Shown piece by piece: positions 30,701 through 39,083 of a stretch of DNA of 64,000 bases (its first letter is position 1; the number at the start of each line of letters is the position of its first letter). The DNA is taken from positions 1,168 to 65,167 of the forward strand of contig CAIVEH010000136.1 in the NCBI GenBank assembly GCA_903904855.1, given 5' to 3'. The position numbers were made by a program, and so were the translations under genes. This DNA is from an uncultured Bacteroidota bacterium. GTDB taxonomy: Bacteria; Bacteroidota; Bacteroidia; Chitinophagales; Chitinophagaceae. The notes under the pieces are model-generated. The model made no database searches, was not told the DNA's origin, and saw nothing but the letters and a program-made list of their open reading frames with translations.

Positions 30701-32149
30701 GCTTTCTGCGCCCTGCCGGCCAGTGTGGGAACAACATCATTAATGCATGTGCTCACAACACCTGAGGTTACAGGATCAACGGCAATATGCGTTGGCCATA
30801 CTACAATATTATCTGATTCGCTTGTCGGAGGAATATGGACCAGTTCAGATCCTTCAGTAGCTATCATTTCTACAGTTGGCGGGTTTACAGGCGTTGTAAC
30901 AGCACTATCGGCCGGCACTGTGAATATGACGTACACCACAGACAGGGGCTGCTATTCTTATCTGACCATAACAGTAGATGCAGTACCTGTGGCAAGTGCA
31001 AGTGGAGCAAGCGCTGCATGTGGCCCTTATACCACACTTACAGCAACTGGAGGCAGCGACTATTCGTGGCTGCCATCGGGCGGTCTTGTATGCAGTACCT
31101 GTGCCATTACCAGTGCCAATCCGGCGGCAACAACTACTTACACTGTAACAGTATCGGGTCCGGGTGGATGCTCGGATACTGCATCTGTAACTGTATATGG
31201 CAACCGGATATCGGGATATATATCTTATACAGGAACACCAGCTGATACCTTTAAAGTATGGCTGATACAGTTCAACTCTGCCGACAGTTCAATTATGGCA
31301 CTTGATTCTGTAAATACGTGCATGGATAATGGTACACCGTATTATGAATTTGACGGGAAGGCAGCAGGGAATTACATGGTAAAGGCAAAGCTGGATGGCC
31401 AGGTAGCAGGCGCCAGTGGTTATATACCTACCTATAGTTATTCAACACCATACTGGTATAGTGCAACAAGTGTTGCACATGTGGCAGCAACAGATACCAT
31501 GCACATCAATATGGTATATGGTATAGTGCCAGCCGGACCTGGTTTTATAAGCGGGCTGATATCGAATGGTGCTGGTAAGGGTACTTCAGGAACTGCGCCA
31601 TCGAAAGGAATGATGGTATACCTTGTTGATGCTGTTTCCAGCAACGTACTGACTTATACCTATACTGATGAGCTTGGGGCTTATTCATTCAGTAATATAG
31701 CATGGGGCAATTACCTTATTTATCCGGAAGATTATTCATTCACAACCATACCTTCATCGGTGATAATGCTCAGCAGCACTGCTGATAGCGCTACCGGAGT
31801 AGACTTCAGGCAGTATAATACTTCGAAGGTTATTTCTCCTATTAAACCCGTTGGTGTAAATACGGTAGCTGCTAATACTGCATTACCGGTTTTCCTCTAC
31901 CCAAACCCGGCAAGCGGAATGGAAAATATTGTATGGGGGCCTGATGCCAATGGTAAGGCAAGTATAGAATTGGCGGATATGACAGGAAGGGTAGTTTATA
32001 CAACTTCTGTTGATGTGGATGGGCTTCGCCTGGTAAATCCGAAATCTCCAAAATCGCAAATCGACCTTTCAGGAATCAATGCAGGTATTTATCTGCTGAC
32101 CATCAAATCTGATGTTATTAACTACTGCGGAAAGCTGATGGTAAAGTAA
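27791..32149 (+). CDS. Large T9SS type-A cargo with Ig-like repeats (putative adhesin)
   Basis: Signal peptide from ATG 27791; seven ~73-aa GGTWSSS-type repeats; five ~88-aa GGGSYC repeats; prealbumin-like C-terminal module; CTD LYPNPA...CGKLMVK. Confidence 0.88.
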   Translation: MKTIKFLVTTALLMILSTASFALVLPITGVMTVCVGVSTTLGDATPGGTWSSSDISVATVDSIGSVTGVSAGTATITYTAGTYVTATITVNPVPSAISGPGVLCAGSTMTMTDPSTGGSWSSSNPAIAAVTSGIVTGISGGSAIISYSLGYGCTVSQPITVNPLPASIAGGATICLGASTIMTDATPGGTWSSTDPVLSVGSSSGIVTGITVGSGIVSYTLSTGCYKSFSVNILASPGPIMGSSGICAGLLGSYTNPVAGGIWSINPVTVATIGTSSGIVNGISAGSATLTYTLGTGCSVNNTITVNSLPAPITGATGICPGGIITLSDATPGGIWSSTNPAVATAGYGSGIVTGLSIGTSTIQYTSTSGCISSIVVTVNAGPGAISGASSVCSGNTITLSDPNAGGAWSSSSPSVATVGSLSGLVTGGLTPGTVTISYSLGSGCIATKTVTVNSSPNAYALSGGGPYCSGSTGSVIGLSGSDAGASYQLFNGPVAVGSAIAGTGTMFSFPPQTAVGAYTVTASNMAGCTRNMTGTANVTISALPGVFSVSGGGSFCSGSTGSLIGLVGSQTGVSYQLYNGGLPMGSPLSGTGGLLNFGYYNIAGTYTVAATSFATGCTATMSGSAVLTVNPQPIPYIVAGGGSYCSGGIGVHVSLSSSEVGKEYVLFRNGTSTMIHLYGTGAMLDFGLQTAAGSYTITGTDNITLCTSNMTGSVSVVINPLPVIWTVTSAATGYCSGGSGVHINLSSSTAGIMYQLFLGTAPVGVPVAGTGSLLDFGLESAPGAYIVKASDAATGCSSQMAGIGNVIVYPLPVVFNVIGGGSFCSGGPGVHIGTSGSSAGISYQLYNGTIATGAPLPGTGSGIDFGFITTPGTYMVVASNPGTTCSEAMALSATVSITAPVVPSVSMSIATGDTVCAGTVVNFAATGVNGGTSPSYQWTVNGAVAGSGVSTFTYTPVDGDIIGVSMTSSAFCALPASVGTTSLMHVLTTPEVTGSTAICVGHTTILSDSLVGGIWTSSDPSVAIISTVGGFTGVVTALSAGTVNMTYTTDRGCYSYLTITVDAVPVASASGASAACGPYTTLTATGGSDYSWLPSGGLVCSTCAITSANPAATTTYTVTVSGPGGCSDTASVTVYGNRISGYISYTGTPADTFKVWLIQFNSADSSIMALDSVNTCMDNGTPYYEFDGKAAGNYMVKAKLDGQVAGASGYIPTYSYSTPYWYSATSVAHVAATDTMHINMVYGIVPAGPGFISGLISNGAGKGTSGTAPSKGMMVYLVDAVSSNVLTYTYTDELGAYSFSNIAWGNYLIYPEDYSFTTIPSSVIMLSSTADSATGVDFRQYNTSKVISPIKPVGVNTVAANTALPVFLYPNPASGMENIVWGPDANGKASIELADMTGRVVYTTSVDVDGLRLVNPKSPKSQIDLSGINAGIYLLTIKSDVINYCGKLMVK

Positions 32150-32236
32150 GCCTGGTTTGCCAATGGAATAGTTGTGATTATTATTAAAGGGTTTATATGA
32201 AATGAGTAGTATCTTTATCTTTAAATATCTATAAAT

Positions 32237-35200
32237 ATGAAACACATAAACCTTATGATTGTGGCAATGCTGCTAAGCTGTGCCACCTCTTTTGCACAAG
32301 TAGGCGCCATTAGCGGGCCGACCCATATTTGTATTGGCTCGGGCGGAACAGAAACAGACACAACTGCAGGAGGTACCTGGAGCAGCAGTAACCCTGCAAT
32401 TGCCCCAGTTATTGCAGGTACAGGTACTGTTAGCGGTGTTTCTGCTGGAGTAGCAACCATAACCTATACAGTTGGTTCACTGTATGCCACTCAAAATGTT
32501 ACAATAGATGCTCTGCCTCCGGGTATTACAGGCCCTAACAATATATGTATCTATGCGACAGCAACGGAAACTATAGGTACAACCGGGGGGACTTGGAGTT
32601 CATCGAATCCGTCTATTGCGAGCATAATTGCCACAACAGGAGTTGTTACAGGTGTTGGAGTGGGTGTTGTTACCTTGACCTACACATTGCCCTCTACCTG
32701 TATGACCACTATGGCTCTTACTGTAAATGCTTTACCTGCTCCTATTACTGGCCCTTCAATTGTATGTGGCGGTATAGCAGCTAGTGAGGTCTCAGCACCC
32801 ACAGGTGGGACCTGGACAAGCACAAATCCAGCAGTAGGAACAATTAATTCTGTTACAGGAGTTTTTACCGGAATAGCTACGGGTACTACAATTATATCCT
32901 ATTCTTTAAGTTCAGGTTGCACTGCGTCAAAAACAATGACAGTCAACACCAGCCCTGTGCCAATTACAGGTCCTTCTACAGTGTGCATTGGATCTGCAAT
33001 AACTTTATCTGATGCGAGTATTGGCGGCACATTTTCGTCCGGGAGTACAGCAATTGCTACAGTTGGTGCAACTACCGGAGTTGTGGTGGGTATAACCGCA
33101 GGTCCGGATACGATTACCTATACTTTACCAAGTAGCGGTTGCTCTGTTACTAAACCTATAACTGTAAATCCATTGCCTGGCCCTATAAGTGGTCCGAGTA
33201 CAGTTTGTAACGGCAGTTGCTTTACATTGACAGAAGGCAGCACTGGCGGTACCTGGAGTTCTTTAACAGGATATTCAATTGCCACGGTAGGTGCTGCAAC
33301 TGGTATTGTATGCGGGTTAACCTCAGGAGTTGTAACCATTGCCTATGTTCTGCCAACTGGTTGTTATACATCCAAGCCAGTAACAGTAAATTCTTTACCT
33401 ACTGCCTATTCTGTAACAGGTGGAGGCGCTTATTGCTCCGGCGGCACAGGTGTTTATGTGGGCCTTGCAGGTTCTGCTTCAGGCACATCTTATCAGTTAT
33501 ATCTTGGTGGAACACCTTTGGGATCACCATTGATTGGTACAGGGGCTGCTATTAGTTTTGGATTGATGACAATTCCGGGTACCTATACAGTATCTGCAGT
33601 TGATGGTACCGGCTGTTCGGGTACGATGACCGGCAGCGCTACTGTTTCGGTCAGTGGATTACCAACTGTATATGCTGTAACCGGAGGGGGAAGCCTTTGT
33701 TCTGGTGGCACTGGTGTAAATATTGGTCTTGCCAATTCTCAAACCGGTGTGGTATATGCGCTATACAATGGCGCAATGCTGGTGGCTTCAATTGCCGGAA
33801 CCGGAAGTGCAATCAGTTTTGGCATATTGATGACTTCAGGCACTTATACAATTGTTGCCACTAATGTAACTACAGGCTGCTCCAGCACAATGAGCGGCAG
33901 CGCTACCGTTTCAGTAAGTTCATTACCTACACTCTATACAGTGTTTGGCGGCGGGGCATATTGCGCAGGTGGTGCAGGTATGAATGTAGGACTATCAGGC
34001 TCGCAGACCGGCTTTAATTATCAATTGTACAATGGGCTGATACCTTACGGAGCTCCCATACTTGGTACAGGCGCTGCACTTACTTTTGGCATGTATACGG
34101 CACCAGGCGCATATAAAGTGATTGCAGATAATCCTGCCACAGGTTGTATAGATACTATGTTGGACAGCGCCATTATTTCCATTAGTCCATTACCTACCCC
34201 GTTTACAGTTTCAGGCGGTGGTACTTATTGTGCCGGAGGGACCGGAGGTCATATTACTTTGAGCGGGTCAACTCCTGGCGTAACTTACCAGTTATACAAT
34301 GGCGGTACTGCTGTTGGGGCTCCTATTGCAGGTACTGGTGCCATGTTAGATTTCGGGTTCTATACCACAGGCGGCACTTATACTATAACTGGTACAGTTG
34401 GCACTACCACCTGCACAACCACAATGACCGGCACTGCAACAATTACAATCAATCCAATGCCTCTGGCATATTCAGTTACAGGTGGCGGATCTTATTGTCC
34501 GGGAGGAGCAGGTGTAAATGTTGGGCTTTCGGGTTCTCAGAGCGGGGTAAATTATACCTTAATGTTTGGTGGAGGTGCTGTTGTCACAGTCTCAGGAACC
34601 GGATCTGCAATTAGTTTTGGGTTGCAAACTGCGCCAGGCACTTATACAGTAGAAGCCGTTAACACCACAACCGGCTGCACCAATTTCATGACCGGCAGCG
34701 TAATTGTTTCTATAAGTTCATCACCGACTGCTTATACAGTTACTGGGAGTGGGGCATATTGCTATGGCGGCACAGGTTTAAGTGTAGGCCTTTCAGGTTC
34801 TTCTACGGGCACTTCTTATCAACTATATTATGCAGGCACAGCGCTGGGTTCTCCAATGGCTGGTACTGGCGCTGCATTAAATTTTGGGTTGATGACATCC
34901 GCCGGTATTTATACGGTATCAGCCATTGGCGGTACCGGTTGCTCGGGTACTATGACCGGCAGCGCATCTATTTCTATTAACCCGATACCAACTGCTTTTT
35001 CTGTTGTTGGCGGAGGCACTTATTGCGCGGGCGGTGCAGGCGTTAACATTGACCTAATTGGTACTCAGACAGGAATTGATTATCAGTTATACCGGTCTTC
35101 CACAGTGGTTGGCTCCTCACTGAGCGGCACAGGCTCAACGATTAGTTTTGGAGCGCAGACAATTGCAGGGACATATACTGCTATAGGTACTGATCCGGCA

Positions 35201-37729
35201 ACAGGCTGTACCAATACCATGTCAGGGAGCGCCACTGTTACTGTTTCACCACTACCTGCTGTATATACAGTAGCAGGAGGTGGCAGTTATTGCAGCGGGG
35301 GAACAGGCGTACATGTAGGTTTAGTTGCTTCAGAGGTTGGAGTAAGTTATCAATTATACCTGGATGGTGTTATTACAGGTACTCCTCTTCCAGGTACAGG
35401 CAGTGGACTGGATTTTGAATTGTTTACCGGTGTAGGCACTTATACCATTGTTGCTACAGATGACACAACAACCTGCACCAGCTCAATGGCTGGCAGTGCG
35501 GTTATCGCTGTTAATCCATTGCCAACAGCTTATACTATTACCGGTGGCGGTACCTATTGCTCCGGGGGAAGTGGAATGGCTATCGGCCTTTCTGGTTCTC
35601 AGGTTGGGGTTAGCTATCAGTTATATGTGGGAGGAGTAGCGGTTGGTACAACAGTAACAGGAACGGGAACTTCAATCAGTTTTGGTTTGCATACAGCTGC
35701 CGGAATTTATACGGTTGTGGCTACTAATTTAGCTACCTTATGTACCAATGTTATGCCAGGATCGGTAACAATCACTGTTGCGTCTTTGCCCAATGTTTAT
35801 ACAGTAACCGGGGGCGGTAGCTATTGCAGCGGCGGAACAGGTGTTGCGATTGGCCTGAGTAATTCTAATGGAGGTATCAGCTACCAATTGTATATTGGCG
35901 GTGTACTCACAGGACTTCCAGTTACAGGTACAGGCGGCAGTATCAGTTTCGGGCCACAGACATCTGCCGGGACCTATACAGTTGTGGCTACCAATACAAT
36001 TACATCCTGCTCAGCCAGCATGAGTGGCAGCGCCACTGTTACTATTAACCCAACTACTGGTCCTCCGGTAGTATCCATTACTGCAAGCCCCGGTCTTAGT
36101 GTATGTGCAGGATCTACAGTAACCTTTACAGCAACCCCAACAGTAGGTGGTACTTCACCAGGCTATCAGTGGAATGTAAACGGAACAGCCGTGACCGGAG
36201 CAACAAACGCAACTTATGCTTATATGCCAGTTGCAGGAGATCTTGTGGGTGTTACCCTTACCAGTAGTTCGCCTTGTGTGGTACCTGCTACGGCTACAGC
36301 TACAGTTTCGATGACTGTAACTGCAATGGTGACGCCAACAATTGCCATTACTGCCAGCCCCGGGACAACAGTATGTGCAGGGACGACTGTTTTGTATTCT
36401 ACAACTGTTACAGGTAGTGGATCAATGCCAGCCTATCTGTGGTGGGTTAATGGTGTTCCTGTAGGAACAGGAAGTACCTATAGTTATGTAGCCCTTGCCG
36501 GGGATGTTATTGAAGTAGCCATGACCAGCAGTGCTACGTGTATTATTTCACCTACGGCGACTTATTCTGTTACAATGACTATTGATGTTCCGGCTATTAC
36601 TGCCTCAACAGCATCATCAGGATGTGGGCCGTCACAAACTCTTACTGCAGGTGGAGGTACAAGCTATTCATGGTCACCATCTGCCGGCCTGTCATGCAGC
36701 ACCTGTTCCTATGCTACCCTCATACCAGATGCTACCACACAATATACAGTTACAGGCACTGATGGCCTGGGTTGCTCTGGAACAGATACTGTAACAGTTG
36801 ATGGTAACCGCATATCGGGGTATATTACTTATAGCGGTACATCGGCCGATACTTTCACTGTGTGGCTGATTCAGTTCAATCCGATCGACAGCAGCATATC
36901 AGCTACCGATTCCACAACCAACTGTATTTCATCCGGAACACCTTACTATGAGTTTATGGATAAGCCGGCGGGCAATTACCTGGTAAAAGCCAAGCTGAAC
37001 AGCTCAGTGCCCGGCACCAGCGGCTATATACCTACCTACAGCTTATCAACATCTCATTGGTATTCGGCAACATCTTTGGCACACAGCAGCTCTTACGATA
37101 GTATGCATATCAACATGATTTATGGTACTGTGCCTCCGGGTCCGGGCTTTATAGCAGGTTATGTGGTATCGGGTGCAGGCAAGAATACTTCATCCGATGC
37201 TCCTGCAAAGGGTATGATCATATACCTCAATGATACGCTGGGCAATGTGATTTCATTTACTTATACTGACTCAGCAGGGACCTATTCGTTCAGCAATCTG
37301 AATGAAGGCAGTTACAGGATTTATCCCGAAAACTATAAGTATTATACTACACCTTCTGCAATTATCACCCTGGCACCGGGTAATGATTCAGTAACAACGG
37401 TAGATTTTAAACAGCATACCTCAACTGGAACTATAGTACCGTATGATAACACAAAGACTCCAAAAGTCATTGTGCCTGCAAAAGGTATTGCCGTGTATCC
37501 AAACCCTGCAACCGGAGTACTGAATATCAGGTCTGATAAAGCTTCGGCAGGTGTTGCGGATATAATACTGACAGATGTTACAGGCAGGGTAGTGCTGAAG
37601 AATTCTGCAGAACTGAATGCTGCAACTGGAAATACCATTAGCCTGAACGGAATAGATGCGGGTATTTACCTGATTACCATCAAATCGGATAAGGTGTTTT
37701 ACTGTGGTAAGTTGGTAATAGAGAAATAA
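32237..37729 (+). CDS. Large T9SS type-A cargo with Ig-like repeats (putative adhesin), paralog of the preceding gene
   Basis: Signal peptide; five ~73-aa repeats; ten ~88-aa GGGxYC repeats; same C-terminal module; CTD VYPNPA...CGKLVIEK. Confidence 0.9.
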   Translation: MKHINLMIVAMLLSCATSFAQVGAISGPTHICIGSGGTETDTTAGGTWSSSNPAIAPVIAGTGTVSGVSAGVATITYTVGSLYATQNVTIDALPPGITGPNNICIYATATETIGTTGGTWSSSNPSIASIIATTGVVTGVGVGVVTLTYTLPSTCMTTMALTVNALPAPITGPSIVCGGIAASEVSAPTGGTWTSTNPAVGTINSVTGVFTGIATGTTIISYSLSSGCTASKTMTVNTSPVPITGPSTVCIGSAITLSDASIGGTFSSGSTAIATVGATTGVVVGITAGPDTITYTLPSSGCSVTKPITVNPLPGPISGPSTVCNGSCFTLTEGSTGGTWSSLTGYSIATVGAATGIVCGLTSGVVTIAYVLPTGCYTSKPVTVNSLPTAYSVTGGGAYCSGGTGVYVGLAGSASGTSYQLYLGGTPLGSPLIGTGAAISFGLMTIPGTYTVSAVDGTGCSGTMTGSATVSVSGLPTVYAVTGGGSLCSGGTGVNIGLANSQTGVVYALYNGAMLVASIAGTGSAISFGILMTSGTYTIVATNVTTGCSSTMSGSATVSVSSLPTLYTVFGGGAYCAGGAGMNVGLSGSQTGFNYQLYNGLIPYGAPILGTGAALTFGMYTAPGAYKVIADNPATGCIDTMLDSAIISISPLPTPFTVSGGGTYCAGGTGGHITLSGSTPGVTYQLYNGGTAVGAPIAGTGAMLDFGFYTTGGTYTITGTVGTTTCTTTMTGTATITINPMPLAYSVTGGGSYCPGGAGVNVGLSGSQSGVNYTLMFGGGAVVTVSGTGSAISFGLQTAPGTYTVEAVNTTTGCTNFMTGSVIVSISSSPTAYTVTGSGAYCYGGTGLSVGLSGSSTGTSYQLYYAGTALGSPMAGTGAALNFGLMTSAGIYTVSAIGGTGCSGTMTGSASISINPIPTAFSVVGGGTYCAGGAGVNIDLIGTQTGIDYQLYRSSTVVGSSLSGTGSTISFGAQTIAGTYTAIGTDPATGCTNTMSGSATVTVSPLPAVYTVAGGGSYCSGGTGVHVGLVASEVGVSYQLYLDGVITGTPLPGTGSGLDFELFTGVGTYTIVATDDTTTCTSSMAGSAVIAVNPLPTAYTITGGGTYCSGGSGMAIGLSGSQVGVSYQLYVGGVAVGTTVTGTGTSISFGLHTAAGIYTVVATNLATLCTNVMPGSVTITVASLPNVYTVTGGGSYCSGGTGVAIGLSNSNGGISYQLYIGGVLTGLPVTGTGGSISFGPQTSAGTYTVVATNTITSCSASMSGSATVTINPTTGPPVVSITASPGLSVCAGSTVTFTATPTVGGTSPGYQWNVNGTAVTGATNATYAYMPVAGDLVGVTLTSSSPCVVPATATATVSMTVTAMVTPTIAITASPGTTVCAGTTVLYSTTVTGSGSMPAYLWWVNGVPVGTGSTYSYVALAGDVIEVAMTSSATCIISPTATYSVTMTIDVPAITASTASSGCGPSQTLTAGGGTSYSWSPSAGLSCSTCSYATLIPDATTQYTVTGTDGLGCSGTDTVTVDGNRISGYITYSGTSADTFTVWLIQFNPIDSSISATDSTTNCISSGTPYYEFMDKPAGNYLVKAKLNSSVPGTSGYIPTYSLSTSHWYSATSLAHSSSYDSMHINMIYGTVPPGPGFIAGYVVSGAGKNTSSDAPAKGMIIYLNDTLGNVISFTYTDSAGTYSFSNLNEGSYRIYPENYKYYTTPSAIITLAPGNDSVTTVDFKQHTSTGTIVPYDNTKTPKVIVPAKGIAVYPNPATGVLNIRSDKASAGVADIILTDVTGRVVLKNSAELNAATGNTISLNGIDAGIYLITIKSDKVFYCGKLVIEK
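33413..36050 (+). repeat. Ten tandem ~264-bp coding repeats
   Basis: Repeat starts at 33413, 33677 and 33941 (264 bp = 88 aa). Consensus VTGGGSYCSGGTGVxIGLSGSQTGVSYQLY..GTG.AISFG..T.GTYTV.AT...TGC...MSGSA.VTVNPLP. End position approximate. Confidence 0.85.
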
Positions 37730-37751
37730 GCACCAAGAATAAATTGTTTGG

Positions 37752-37779
37752 AACTCCCGGAATTATCCGGGAGTTTTTT
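37752..37779 (+). terminator. Rho-independent terminator
   Basis: AACTCCCGGA-ATTA-TCCGGGAGTT followed by T residues. Confidence 0.8.
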
Positions 37780-37801
37780 GATCTATCATTCCGATGATAG
37801 A

Positions 37802-38941
37802 TCAAAAGCCCATACCTAAACCAAATTCGGCAAGCTCGGCCACAGAGAGGTGGGTTTTGAGAAACCCGCAAAGGAATAATTCTTTTACAGGGCCATGTTC
37901 TTTCTTAACCAGGTAGAAATTGCCTCCCAGTTTTTCATAGATCTTGCCCTGAGTGAGCAATGCCTGGTGGATATAAGCGCCCACCTGCAGCACAACGCCC
38001 ACCCTGCCAAGCAGAAACTCATTACCTGCAAACAAGGCGCTCTTATAAGAATGTTGTGCCTCAGTACCAGGGGTTACAAAGCCTATGTTATTGCGCAGGT
38101 AAGCATAAATATTGGTGTGGTAGGAATAGTCGATGCCACCGAAGAATTTGTTTTTGCTGATCCACCGTTTACTGGCATAGGCAGATGCCAGATAGATGGG
38201 GTAGACAGGCCCTAGTGGTGCATTTGAACCATCGAATGCCATTGTGCCACGGAATTCAAACAACCACCGGTTGGTTAATGGCTTAAGATCATGTGTTATG
38301 TGTTTTGGCGCTGAAGACACCGGAAAGTATTTGATACCTATGTGCTCACCAAGCAGGTTTATTCCAAGGTTGGGCTGATGAAAAGATGCATCGGAAATAT
38401 GAGAGAAATTGACCCCAGCCTGCACATCCCAGTGCCTGTTGACATGATATCTGAGATCCATCATGAATGAAGCATAGTCATTAATCTTACTGCCAATGGC
38501 ATTATTCATGGTATCAAAAGGATGCAGCCTTGAATAAGCCCTGCTTACAAAACCTACACCATCTCCGATCCTCATGGTCCATTCCAGATGCTTGCCTGAG
38601 AGAAGCGGAATAACCAGGTTTGGGTAAAGGCTGAAACAGCGGCCATAAATGGAATCAATGCCATAATTGGTATAGGTTACTCCAAGACCAACTATTGGGT
38701 ACCTGCGCCGCTGCTGCCATTCCTTTCGGCCAAAGGTTTTCCATTGAAAATTAAGATCAAGCCCCGTTGTGAGATCCGGTATGGGCAAGTGGAATTTAGC
38801 CGTATGTTTTACCACCTTACCTGTAAATACATTGGCCTCCAGCCCAAAGCCTTCCCATACCTTTATATCCTGTGACAGACAGGCAAAGGATGGCAACAGA
38901 AGCAACGCAATAAAGGCAGGCAACAACAGGTAACGGCTCAT
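37802..38941 (-). CDS. Acyloxyacyl hydrolase / PagL-like lipid A deacylase (OM beta-barrel)
   Basis: EWQQRRRYPIVG, NNAIGSKIN, FSHISDA (HxS catalytic motif), terminal GLGMGF. Likely start ATG 38941. Confidence 0.75.
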   Translation of the reverse strand: MSRYLLLPAFIALLLLPSFACLSQDIKVWEGFGLEANVFTGKVVKHTAKFHLPIPDLTTGLDLNFQWKTFGRKEWQQRRRYPIVGLGVTYTNYGIDSIYGRCFSLYPNLVIPLLSGKHLEWTMRIGDGVGFVSRAYSRLHPFDTMNNAIGSKINDYASFMMDLRYHVNRHWDVQAGVNFSHISDASFHQPNLGINLLGEHIGIKYFPVSSAPKHITHDLKPLTNRWLFEFRGTMAFDGSNAPLGPVYPIYLASAYASKRWISKNKFFGGIDYSYHTNIYAYLRNNIGFVTPGTEAQHSYKSALFAGNEFLLGRVGVVLQVGAYIHQALLTQGKIYEKLGGNFYLVKKEHGPVKELFLCGFLKTHLSVAELAEFGLGMGF

Positions 38942-39083
38942 AATCGGGACAGGCAAATATAAACTCTTTTCAAACTCCGGTGTTAAGCGGAATACTGAAT
39001 GAATAAAAAAAACTCCCTGCCGGGTAAAGCATCAATAAATCGAACTAAATTTACTACCTGAATAATTCTTTCCCGGCAGCCTG

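Noticed and set aside
27791-37729. Diversity-generating retroelement TR/VR pair
   Set aside because: Paralog differences are not adenine-specific and there is no reverse transcriptase.
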